The notes below the pieces were generated by a model that was not told where the DNA came from, ran no database searches, and saw only the letters and a list, made by a program, of their open reading frames with translations. A program made the position numbers and the translations under genes. Positions 27,610 to 35,161 of a DNA stretch of 35,161 nt are shown one piece after another. Origin of the DNA: Actinomycetota bacterium. Lineage in GTDB: Bacteria; Actinomycetota; Actinomycetes; Actinomycetales; Microbacteriaceae. The stretch lies in the NCBI GenBank assembly GCA_039796515.1, contig JBDKJR010000221.1:1-35161 (forward strand), read 5' to 3'. Numbering within the stretch: position 1 is the first letter of the stretch; every line of letters starts with the position of its first letter.

Positions 27610-28188
27610 CTACTTGGTGTCGTCAGCCGACTCGGCCTCGGCGACAGCCTCGTCAGCAGCAGCCTCGTCAGCAGCGACCTCAGCAGGAGCCGACTCGTCC
27701 GTGGCAACCTCGTCAGCGACGACCTCGGCAACGGCCCCGTCAGCGACGACCTCGTCAGCGACGACCTCGGCGACGGGCGCCTTCGCAGCGGGCGCGGCCG
27801 CCTTCTTGGCGGGCTTCGCCTTGGGGTTGACCGGCTCGAGAACGAGCTCGATTACCGCCATGGGCGCGTTGTCGCCCTTGCGGTAGCCGACCTTCGTGAT
27901 GCGGGTGTAGCCACCCTCGCGCTCGGCGACGAGCGGCGCGATCTCCGTGAAGAGCTCGTGCACGGCGCTCTTGTCACGAACGACCGTCATGACGCGACGA
28001 CGAGCGTGCAAGTCACCACGCTTCGCGAAGGTGATGAGGCGCTCCGCGAGCGGGCGAAGGCGCTTGGCCTTCGTCTCGGTCGTCGTGATGCGCTTGTGGG
28101 TGAACAGCGCCGTCGCGAGGTTGGCGAGGAGCAGGCGCTCGTGGGCGGGACCGCCACCGAGGCGGGGACCCTTCGTGGGCTGAGGCAT
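27610..28188 (-). CDS. rplQ: 50S ribosomal protein L17 with a C-terminal low-complexity tail
   Basis: [20 protein letters not shown] and RKGDNAPM. Confidence 0.98.
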   Translation of the reverse strand: MPQPTKGPRLGGGPAHERLLLANLATALFTHKRITTTETKAKRLRPLAERLITFAKRGDLHARRRVMTVVRDKSAVHELFTEIAPLVAEREGGYTRITKVGYRKGDNAPMAVIELVLEPVNPKAKPAKKAAAPAAKAPVAEVVADEVVADGAVAEVVADEVATDESAPAEVAADEAAADEAVAEAESADDTK

Positions 28189-28246
28189 GGTGTGTGTTCT
28201 TTCGTATCAGTGAAGAGTGGGCGAGCTATGCGGACCGCGGTGCGGC

Positions 28247-29236
28247 CTAGCTCTCCTCGTCGTCGTAGCCGCCGTAGAAGTGAGCGCCGTCGAACCCGGG
28301 AACCGCGTCCTTGAGCGAGAGGCCCATCTCGACCAGCTTGTCTTTGACCTCGTCGACCGACTTCTGGCCGAAGTTGCGGATGTTCATCAACTGCGTCTCA
28401 GAGAGCGCAACGAGCTCGCTGACCGTGTTGATGCCTTCGCGCTTGAGGCAGTTGTAGCTGCGCACCGAGAGGTCGAGGTCTTCGATCGGCATCGAGAGCT
28501 CGGTCGAGAGAACGGCGTCAACCGGCGCGGGGCCGATCTCGATGCCCTCGGCCTGCGTGTTGAGCTCGCGCGCGAGGCCAAACAGCTCGACGAGCGTGCG
28601 GCCGGCCGACGCGATTGCGTCACGCGGCGTGATCGCGGGCTTCGACTCCACGTCAACGACGAGGCGGTCGAAGTCGGTGCGCTCACCGGCACGCGTTGCT
28701 TCAACGCGGTAGGTGACCTTGAGCACGGGCGAGTAGATCGAGTCGACCGGAATCTGGCCGGCCTCGCTGAACTCGCTTCGGTTCTGGGTCGCGCTCACGT
28801 AGCCACGGCCACGCTCGATGGTCAGCTCGAGCTCGAACTTCGCGTTGTCGTTGAGCGTCGCAATGACGAGCTCAGGGTTGTGAATCTCGACGCCAGCAGG
28901 AGCCGAAATGTCAGCGGCCGTCACTTCGCCCGCACCCTGCTTGCGCAGGTAGGCGGTGATGGGCTCGTCGTGCTCGCTCGAGACCACGAGGTTCTTCACG
29001 TTCAAGATGATCTCGGTGACGTCTTCCTTCACGCCAGCGATGGTGCTGAACTCGTGAAGAACGCCGTCGATACGGATGCTCGTCACGGCTGCCCCGGGAA
29101 TCGACGAGAGCAGCGTGCGGCGCAGCGAGTTACCGAGGGTGTAGCCGAAACCGGGCTCCAACGGCTCGATGATGAACCGGGACCGGTACTCGGAGACGTT
29201 CTCCTCGGTCAGCGTGGGACGTTGTGCGATGAGCAC
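28247..29236 (-). CDS. rpoA: RNA polymerase alpha subunit
   Basis: [39 protein letters not shown] and NFGQKS. Confidence 0.99.
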   Translation of the reverse strand: MLIAQRPTLTEENVSEYRSRFIIEPLEPGFGYTLGNSLRRTLLSSIPGAAVTSIRIDGVLHEFSTIAGVKEDVTEIILNVKNLVVSSEHDEPITAYLRKQGAGEVTAADISAPAGVEIHNPELVIATLNDNAKFELELTIERGRGYVSATQNRSEFSEAGQIPVDSIYSPVLKVTYRVEATRAGERTDFDRLVVDVESKPAITPRDAIASAGRTLVELFGLARELNTQAEGIEIGPAPVDAVLSTELSMPIEDLDLSVRSYNCLKREGINTVSELVALSETQLMNIRNFGQKSVDEVKDKLVEMGLSLKDAVPGFDGAHFYGGYDDEES

Positions 29237-29412
29237 TATTGATTCCTTTCGGCAAAGTGTCCGCCATATGACACTTGTGGCGCGACGAGTGGCTGGCTCG
29301 TCGAGTGTGTTGAGTTATTCACGCGCTGTGAAGCAGGAGGCGATGTCACGCATCGCCGCGACCGCCGCGCCGGTCCGAGCTGAACTCGGACCGGGTCACG
29401 ACGACCGAAGAA

Positions 29413-29811
29413 CTAGACGCGACGACGCTTGGGCGGGCGGCAGCCGTTGTGCGCCTGAGGCGTCACGTCGCTGATCGAACCCACCTCGAGGCCAGCGGCC
29501 TGCAGCGAACGGATCGCGGTTTCGCGGCCCGAGCCGGGGCCCTTCACGAAGACGTCAACCTTCTTCATGCCGTGCTCTTGCGCCTGGCGGGCGGCCGACT
29601 CGGCGGCGAGCTGAGCGGCGAACGGGGTCGACTTGCGCGAACCCTTGAAGCCGACCTGGCCCGACGAAGCCCAGCTGATGACGGCGCCGGTCGGGTCGGT
29701 GATCGACACGATCGTGTTGTTGAACGTTGACTTGATGTGAGCCTGCCCGACGGCAATGCTCTTCTTCTCTTTGCGGCGGGGCTTACGCGCGGCCGACTTG
29801 GGTGCTGCCAT
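29413..29811 (-). CDS. rpsK: 30S ribosomal protein S11
   Basis: [18 protein letters not shown] and [12 protein letters not shown]. Confidence 0.99.
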   Translation of the reverse strand: MAAPKSAARKPRRKEKKSIAVGQAHIKSTFNNTIVSITDPTGAVISWASSGQVGFKGSRKSTPFAAQLAAESAARQAQEHGMKKVDVFVKGPGSGRETAIRSLQAAGLEVGSISDVTPQAHNGCRPPKRRRV

Positions 29812-29858
29812 GGTCTTCTCCTAAACCTGTGGATTACGCGGGTCGCGGCGGGGCCGGA

Positions 29859-30233
29859 CTAGCGCGCCTTCTTCTTGCCGGCGACGGTGCGCTTCGGGCC
29901 CTTGCGGGTACGCGCGTTGGTCTTCGTGCGCTGGCCGCGCACAGGGAGGCCACGACGGTGACGGATGCCCTCGTACGAGCCGATCTCGACCTTGCGGCGG
30001 ATGTCGGCGGCAACCTCTCGGCGGAGGTCACCCTCGACCTTGTAGGTGCCTTCGATGTGGTCACGCAGAGCGACGAGCTGGTCGTCGGTCAGGTCCTTGA
30101 CGCGCACGTTGGGGTCGATGCCCGTGGCGACGAGGGTTTCGGTCGAACGCGTGCGTCCGACTCCATAGATGTAAGTGAGGGCGATCTCCACGCGCTTATC
30201 GCGCGGGATGTCCACTCCGGCAAGACGGGCCAT
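29859..30233 (-). CDS. rpsM: 30S ribosomal protein S13
   Basis: [18 protein letters not shown] and [17 protein letters not shown]. Confidence 0.99.
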   Translation of the reverse strand: MARLAGVDIPRDKRVEIALTYIYGVGRTRSTETLVATGIDPNVRVKDLTDDQLVALRDHIEGTYKVEGDLRREVAADIRRKVEIGSYEGIRHRRGLPVRGQRTKTNARTRKGPKRTVAGKKKAR

Positions 30234-30370
30234 GACGGCTCCTTCAGGTGGGTGAGAGGTGTGGAGCAGAACCGGTGCCAGGGCCTCCCGCCCTGGGTGT
30301 CCCCCGCATCCGCGGGTTCTGGAACTGCCTGGTAGTCGTATTCAGTTGTGAGTTGGTGGGGGCCTAAGCC

Positions 30371-30484
30371 CTAGCCCTGGCGTTGCTTGTGACGCGGGTT
30401 CTCGCAGATGACCATCACGTTTCCGTGGCGGCGGATCACCTTGCACTTGTCGCAAATGGGCTTGACGCTGGGGTTGACCTTCAT
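30371..30484 (-). CDS. rpmJ: 50S ribosomal protein L36 (zinc-binding C+ form)
   Basis: Not in the ORF track. Manual translation gives [37 protein letters not shown]. Confidence 0.97.
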   Translation of the reverse strand: MKVNPSVKPICDKCKVIRRHGNVMVICENPRHKQRQG

Positions 30485-30554
30485 GGTGTTCTTCTCTCTC
30501 GCTGGCCTCGTGCGCCGGGTGGATCCCCGGGCCGTTCCTTATCCGGAGAAACCG

Positions 30555-30776
30555 TTATTTGTAGCGATAGACGATGCGGCCACGGGTAAGGTCATAGGGG
30601 CTCAGCTCTACGATCACGCGGTCTTCAGGAAGAATGCGGATGTAGTGCTGGCGCATCTTTCCCGAGATGTGAGCGAGCACCTTGTGGCCGTTGGTCAGCT
30701 CGACGCGAAACATCGCGTTGGGCAGCGCTTCGACCACCGAGCCTTCAATCTCGATGACACCGTCTTTTTTGGCCAT
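30555..30776 (-). CDS. infA: Translation initiation factor IF-1
   Basis: [12 protein letters not shown]...LPNAMFRV...HISGKMR...[18 protein letters not shown]. Confidence 0.98.
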   Translation of the reverse strand: MAKKDGVIEIEGSVVEALPNAMFRVELTNGHKVLAHISGKMRQHYIRILPEDRVIVELSPYDLTRGRIVYRYK

Positions 30777-30968
30777 TGCCTCTTCGTCGCTAAAAGTGTG
30801 GTTTCTACCGGTCGTGCGGATGACGCGGTGCTGCTGCGAGAAATCCCCTCTGCACGGCGGGATCTCGGGAGACACGCCGAAGGCGTGCCAAAGGCACCAA
30901 AAATCGAGCTTAGGTGATATTGGCGCCCGAGGGCAAGTCGGCGCGCGTTCGCAAGCGCCGCGTCTGAT

Positions 30969-31559
30969 CTAGACGGCGAACAGGATGCCGCGAGCCGCGA
31001 GAGCCGCTTCGATTCGCGCGGTCACTTCGGCAACCTCGCCGATGCCGTCGACTTTCGCGAGCAAGCCGCGCTCGTCATACACCCCGATGAGCGGAGCGGT
31101 CTGCTCGGCGTAGACCTCGAGGCGGTGGCGCACAACGGCTTCGTCGTCGTCAGAACGACCTTGCTCGAGTGCACGCTTCTTCAAGCGCTCGACAACAACA
31201 TCGGGCTCAGCGACGAGCTCGACCACGGCGTCCATCGACGCCCCGCCCGCGGCAAGAAGCTCATCGAGCGCGCGAACCTGGTCGATCGTCCGGGGGTAGC
31301 CATCGAGCAAGAAGCCTGCGGCAGCGTCGGGCTGCGACAGCCGGTCGGCCACGAGATCATTCGTGAGGCTGTCGGGCACGTTGTCGCCCGCATCCATGTA
31401 TGCCTTCGCCTTCAGGCCCAGCTCGGTCTCGTTGCGCAAGTGCTCGCGGAAGATGTCTCCCGTCGAGATTGCCGGAATCCCCAGCGCCGCCGACAGCCGT
31501 TGCGCCTGCGTGCCCTTACCCGCACCGGGCGGGCCTATCAGCAGCAGACGGGCGCTCAT
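30969..31559 (-). CDS. adk: Adenylate kinase (short-LID type)
   Basis: [24 protein letters not shown] and GRSDD. Confidence 0.97.
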   Translation of the reverse strand: MSARLLLIGPPGAGKGTQAQRLSAALGIPAISTGDIFREHLRNETELGLKAKAYMDAGDNVPDSLTNDLVADRLSQPDAAAGFLLDGYPRTIDQVRALDELLAAGGASMDAVVELVAEPDVVVERLKKRALEQGRSDDDEAVVRHRLEVYAEQTAPLIGVYDERGLLAKVDGIGEVAEVTARIEAALAARGILFAV

Positions 31560-32881
31560 CGCAGCAAGCCTTCGTAGTGACGCTGCTGCAGCTGCGCGTC
31601 GATCTGCTTGACCGTCTCGAGGCCGACACCAACGATGATCAGGATGCTCGCACCACCGAACGGGAAGTTCTGGTTGGCCCCGATCGCCGCAAAGGCAATG
31701 AGCGGGATGAGCGCGATCAAACCGAGGTAGAGCGAGCCAGGCAGGGTCACGCGCGTCAGCACGTAGTCGAGGTATTCCGCCGTCGGACGACCAGCCCGAA
31801 TGCCCGGAATGAAGCCGCCGTACTTCTTCATGTTGTCGGCGACCTCTTCAGGGTTGAAGGTGATCGCCACGTAGAAGTAGGTGAAGCCCACGATGAGCAA
31901 GAAGTACACGACCATGTAGATCGGGTTATCGCCCGAGACCAGGTTGTTCTGAATCCACACAACCCACTCGGGTGCCGTTTCGCCGGCGGCCGGCTGGTTG
32001 AACTGCGCGATGAGGGCAGGCAAGTAGAGCAGCGACGACGCGAAGATCACGGGCACAACACCCGCCATGTTCACCTTGATCGGAATGTAGGTGTTGTTGC
32101 CGCCGTAGGTGCGGCGACCGACCATGCGCTTGGCATATTGAACGGGGATGCGACGCTGCGACTGCTCGACGAACACAACGCCGGCCATGACGAGCAGACC
32201 GATGCCGAGAACGAGCACGAAGATCTCGGGGCCCTGCGACACCGCGATCGCCCAGAGTGCCGAGGGGAAGGTCGCCGCGATCGACGTGAAGATCAGCAGC
32301 GACATACCGTTGCCGATGCCGCGCTCGGTCACGAGTTCACCGAACCACATGATGAGGCCCGTGCCCGCCGTCATGGTGATGACCATGAGCAGAATCGCGT
32401 ACCACGCGTCGTTCGTAATGAGCTGGCTGCACTCGGCAACGCCACTCGTGGTCGGGAAGAGCGCTCCGGCGCGAGCGACCGTGATGAGGGTGGTCGACTG
32501 CAGAACCGCGAGGGCGATCGTCATGTAGCGGGTGTACTGCGTGAGCTTCGCCTGACCCGCCTGACCCTCTTTGTGCAGGGTGTCGAAGTGCGGAATGACG
32601 ACGCGCAACAGCTGCGTGATGATCGACGCGGTGATGTACGGCATGATGCCGAGCGCGAAGATCGAGAGCTGCAAGAGCGCGCCACCGCTGAACAGGTTGA
32701 CGAGCTGATAGAGGCCCGTCGCGCCCTGGTTGCCGGCGAGGCAGATCTGTACGTTCTGGAAGTCGACGAACGGCGCGGGAATGAATGATCCCAGGCGGAA
32801 GATGGCGACAATCCCGAGGGTGAAGCCAATCTTTCGACGCAGGTCGGGCGTGCGGAAGATCCGCCCGATAGCTCTGAACAC
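31556..32881 (-). CDS. secY: Preprotein translocase SecY
   Basis: GGAGG before GTG 32881. [33 protein letters not shown] and FGGASILI. Confidence 0.98.
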   Translation of the reverse strand: MFRAIGRIFRTPDLRRKIGFTLGIVAIFRLGSFIPAPFVDFQNVQICLAGNQGATGLYQLVNLFSGGALLQLSIFALGIMPYITASIITQLLRVVIPHFDTLHKEGQAGQAKLTQYTRYMTIALAVLQSTTLITVARAGALFPTTSGVAECSQLITNDAWYAILLMVITMTAGTGLIMWFGELVTERGIGNGMSLLIFTSIAATFPSALWAIAVSQGPEIFVLVLGIGLLVMAGVVFVEQSQRRIPVQYAKRMVGRRTYGGNNTYIPIKVNMAGVVPVIFASSLLYLPALIAQFNQPAAGETAPEWVVWIQNNLVSGDNPIYMVVYFLLIVGFTYFYVAITFNPEEVADNMKKYGGFIPGIRAGRPTAEYLDYVLTRVTLPGSLYLGLIALIPLIAFAAIGANQNFPFGGASILIIVGVGLETVKQIDAQLQQRHYEGLLR

Positions 32882-32994
32882 GAGGACCTCCCGTAGAAAA
32901 ACCATGAGCATCCACCCGCCCGGCGGCGAAGGGATGCTGTGGCCCGAGTGGGCCGCAGACCTGCAGTGAAGGCGGCCCACTGGGCCGCCTTCAC

Positions 32995-33720
32995 CTACTG
33001 GATCGAACCGCCGGCAGCGACGATCTTTTGCTCAGCCGAGCGCGAGACCTTGTCGACGGTCACATTGAGCTTAACCGCAATGTCGCCATCTCCGAGAACC
33101 TTGACCTTCTCGTTCTTGCGAACCGCGCCCTTGGCCACGAGGTCAGCGATGGTGACATCGCCTCCCTTGGGGTAGAGCTCGGCGAGAGCGGCGAGGTTGA
33201 CGACCTGGTACTCGACCCGGAACGGGTTCGTGAAGCCGCGCAGCTTGGGCGCACGCATCACCGAGTTCAGGTTGCCGCCCTCGAAGCCAGGCTTGACCTG
33301 GTAGCGGGCCTTGGTTCCCTTGGTTCCGCGACCGGCCGTCTTACCCTTCGAGCCCTCACCACGACCGACACGCGTGCGGTCTTTCTTCGAGCCCGCAGCG
33401 GGACGGAGGTGGTGAACCTTGAGCACCTGCGGACGCGCGACGTCGGCCGAGGGGGCCTTCTTCGCGGCGGCCTTGGCAGGAGCCTTCTCGGCAGCAGCCT
33501 TGGCGGGAGCCTTGGCAGCGGGAGCCTTCTCGGCAGCAGCCTTCGCCGGAGCCTTTTCGGCGGCGGGAGCCTTCTCCGCAGCGGCCTTGGCGGGAGCCTT
33601 GGCCGCAGCAGGCGCCTTCGCGGCGGCGGGTGCCTTGGCGGCAGCCGGAGCCTTGTCGGCAGCGGGCGTGGTCTTCTTGGGCGCGGCCTTGGGGGCGGCG
33701 TCCTTCTTCTCTTCAGCCAT
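32995..33720 (-). CDS. rplO: 50S ribosomal protein L15 with a long N-terminal extension
   Basis: Core [24 protein letters not shown] and KVLGDG. ATG overlaps the rpmD stop (TAATG). Confidence 0.96.
   Translation of the reverse strand: MAEEKKDAAPKAAPKKTTPAADKAPAAAKAPAAAKAPAAAKAPAKAAAEKAPAAEKAPAKAAAEKAPAAKAPAKAAAEKAPAKAAAKKAPSADVARPQVLKVHHLRPAAGSKKDRTRVGRGEGSKGKTAGRGTKGTKARYQVKPGFEGGNLNSVMRAPKLRGFTNPFRVEYQVVNLAALAELYPKGGDVTIADLVAKGAVRKNEKVKVLGDGDIAVKLNVTVDKVSRSAEQKIVAAGGSIQ
33451..33700 (-). repeat. Coding low-complexity repeat: 10 KAP units in the L15 N-terminus
   Basis: Repeated ggagcctt(c/g) units on the + strand; protein [16 protein letters not shown]...EKAPAKAAA. Boundaries are approximate. 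Confidence 0.88.
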
Positions 33721-33905
33721 TAGTCAATCTCCTCGACCGTCACGAGGTGAGCGACCGCACGCACGTAACCACGGTTGGCCGGGGTGTCGTCGCGAACGAC
33801 GACATCGCCGATGCGCTTGAGACCGAGGCTGCGCAGCGTGTCGCGCTGGTTCTGCTTCTCGCTAATGACGGACTTGATCTGGGTCACCTTGAGCTGCGCG
33901 GCCAT
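33720..33905 (-). CDS. rpmD: 50S ribosomal protein L30
   Basis: LKVTQIKS...[11 protein letters not shown]...HLVTVEE. Confidence 0.97.
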   Translation of the reverse strand: MAAQLKVTQIKSVISEKQNQRDTLRSLGLKRIGDVVVRDDTPANRGYVRAVAHLVTVEEID

Positions 33906-34594
33906 CACGCACCACCCTTTCCGGCGGCGGCCTCGGCCGCGAGGGCCTCGGCACGCACGAGGCGCGCGGGAGCGACATCCTCAAACTCGAGCCCACGGCG
34001 GGCAGCGACGGCACGCGGCTCTTCGAGCTGCTTGAGCGCGGCAACCGTCGCGTGGACGATGTTGATGGTGTTCGACGAACCGAGCGACTTGCTCAGCACG
34101 TCGTGGATGCCAGCGCACTCGAGTACGGCACGCACCGGACCACCGGCGATAACACCGGTACCCGCGGCGGCGGGGCGCAAGAGCACCACACCGGCTGCGG
34201 CCTCACCCTGAACGGGGTGCGGGATGGTCGCGGCCACGCGAGGAACGCGGAAGAAGTTCTTCTTCGCCTCCTCGACGCCCTTCGAGATTGCGGTCGGCAC
34301 CTCGCGGGCCTTGCCGTAGCCAACACCGACCATGCCGTTGCCGTCTCCGACGACCACGAGGGCGGTGAAGCTGAAGCGACGACCACCCTTCACGACCTTC
34401 GAGACGCGGTTGATGGTGACAACGCGCTCGAGGAACGGGCTCTTCTCGGTCTCGCGCTGGCCACGGTCGCGGTTGGGGTTGCGCTCGCGTCCACCGCGAC
34501 GCGCTTCGCGCGGCTCAGTGGCGGCGTCTGACGACGCAGCGGTCTCCACGGGGGCTTCAGACGCCACGGTCTGCTCCTTTTCGTTGTCGCTCAC
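33905..34594 (-). CDS. rpsE: 30S ribosomal protein S5
   Basis: [23 protein letters not shown] and GTGVIAGG. Confidence 0.99.
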   Translation of the reverse strand: MSDNEKEQTVASEAPVETAASSDAATEPREARRGGRERNPNRDRGQRETEKSPFLERVVTINRVSKVVKGGRRFSFTALVVVGDGNGMVGVGYGKAREVPTAISKGVEEAKKNFFRVPRVAATIPHPVQGEAAAGVVLLRPAAAGTGVIAGGPVRAVLECAGIHDVLSKSLGSSNTINIVHATVAALKQLEEPRAVAARRGLEFEDVAPARLVRAEALAAEAAAGKGGA

Positions 34595-34962
34595 AGGTCC
34601 AGTCCACCCTCTCGAGCTCCTTCGGCGATCGCCGCGACGCGGCCCGCATAGCGGTTGCCGCCACGGTCAAACACAACCGCCTCGACGCCGGCCTTCTTGG
34701 CGCGCTCGGCAACGAGCTCGCCGACCTTACGGGCCTTGGCCGTCTTGTCGCCGTCGAAGCCGCGGAGGTCGCCCTCCATGGTCGACGCGCTGGCCACGGT
34801 GTGACCCTTGGTGTCGTCAACGATCTGCACGAAGACGTGACGCGCCGAACGCGTCACGACGAGACGCGGCCGCTCGGCCGTGCCCGTGATGCGCTTGCGC
34901 AGACGGGTGTGACGGCGGCTCTTCGCGGCCGTCTTGCTCTTGCCTCTAGTTCCGAGACCCAT
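34591..34962 (-). CDS. rplR: 50S ribosomal protein L18
   Basis: RPRLVVTRS and [14 protein letters not shown]. Confidence 0.98.
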   Translation of the reverse strand: MGLGTRGKSKTAAKSRRHTRLRKRITGTAERPRLVVTRSARHVFVQIVDDTKGHTVASASTMEGDLRGFDGDKTAKARKVGELVAERAKKAGVEAVVFDRGGNRYAGRVAAIAEGAREGGLDL

Positions 34963-34964
34963 GA

Positions 34965-35161
34965 CTACTTCCCACTCTTTCCGGCCTTGCGGCGCACGAC
35001 CTCGCCGGCATACCGCACACCCTTGCCCTTGTAGGGCTCGGGCTTGCGGATCTTGCGGATGTTCGCAGCGACCTCACCGACGGCCTGCTTGTCGATGCCG
35101 CTGACGGTGAGCTTGTTGTTGCCCTCGACCGTGAAGGTGATCCCGGCAGGCGGGTTCACGG
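34965..35161 (-). CDS. rplF: 50S ribosomal protein L6, C-terminal part (runs off the window edge)
   Basis: [15 protein letters not shown] and [13 protein letters not shown]. Confidence 0.97.
   Translation of the reverse strand, partial: VNPPAGITFTVEGNNKLTVSGIDKQAVGEVAANIRKIRKPEPYKGKGVRYAGEVVRRKAGKSGK

Overview
High-GC actinobacterial chromosome segment. Gene order and protein sequences point to Microbacteriaceae, which is an inference. The right two-thirds is core genome, almost all on the minus strand: the end of the spc operon (rplF partial, rplR, rpsE, rpmD, rplO, secY, adk), infA-rpmJ-rpsM-rpsK-rpoA-rplQ, truA, rplM-rpsI-glmM, coaA, and glmS-acpS-alr-tsaE-tsaB-rimI-tsaD. An OatA-like acyltransferase and a tandem GNAT sit between rplQ and truA. 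The left third holds the start of guaB, a Liv-type (HAAT) ABC transporter with two paralogous lipoprotein binding proteins, a coupled kinase plus class-III PLP enzyme pair, rarD, a stand-alone groES with two CIRCE elements, a divergent SAM methyltransferase and three tandem DUF4190-like membrane genes. I found no rRNA, tRNA, CRISPR array or mobile element. The best lead is the kinase plus putative phospho-lyase pair (7547-9909), a probable amino-alcohol or hydroxy-amino-acid catabolic module of unknown substrate, lying head-to-head with a binding protein whose amino-acid-binding motifs have diverged. Next are a membrane protein carrying 13 histone-H1/AlgP-like KPAA repeats and an L15 with a ~98-aa Lys/Ala/Pro extension. 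All family calls come from motif recognition by eye, not database searches.
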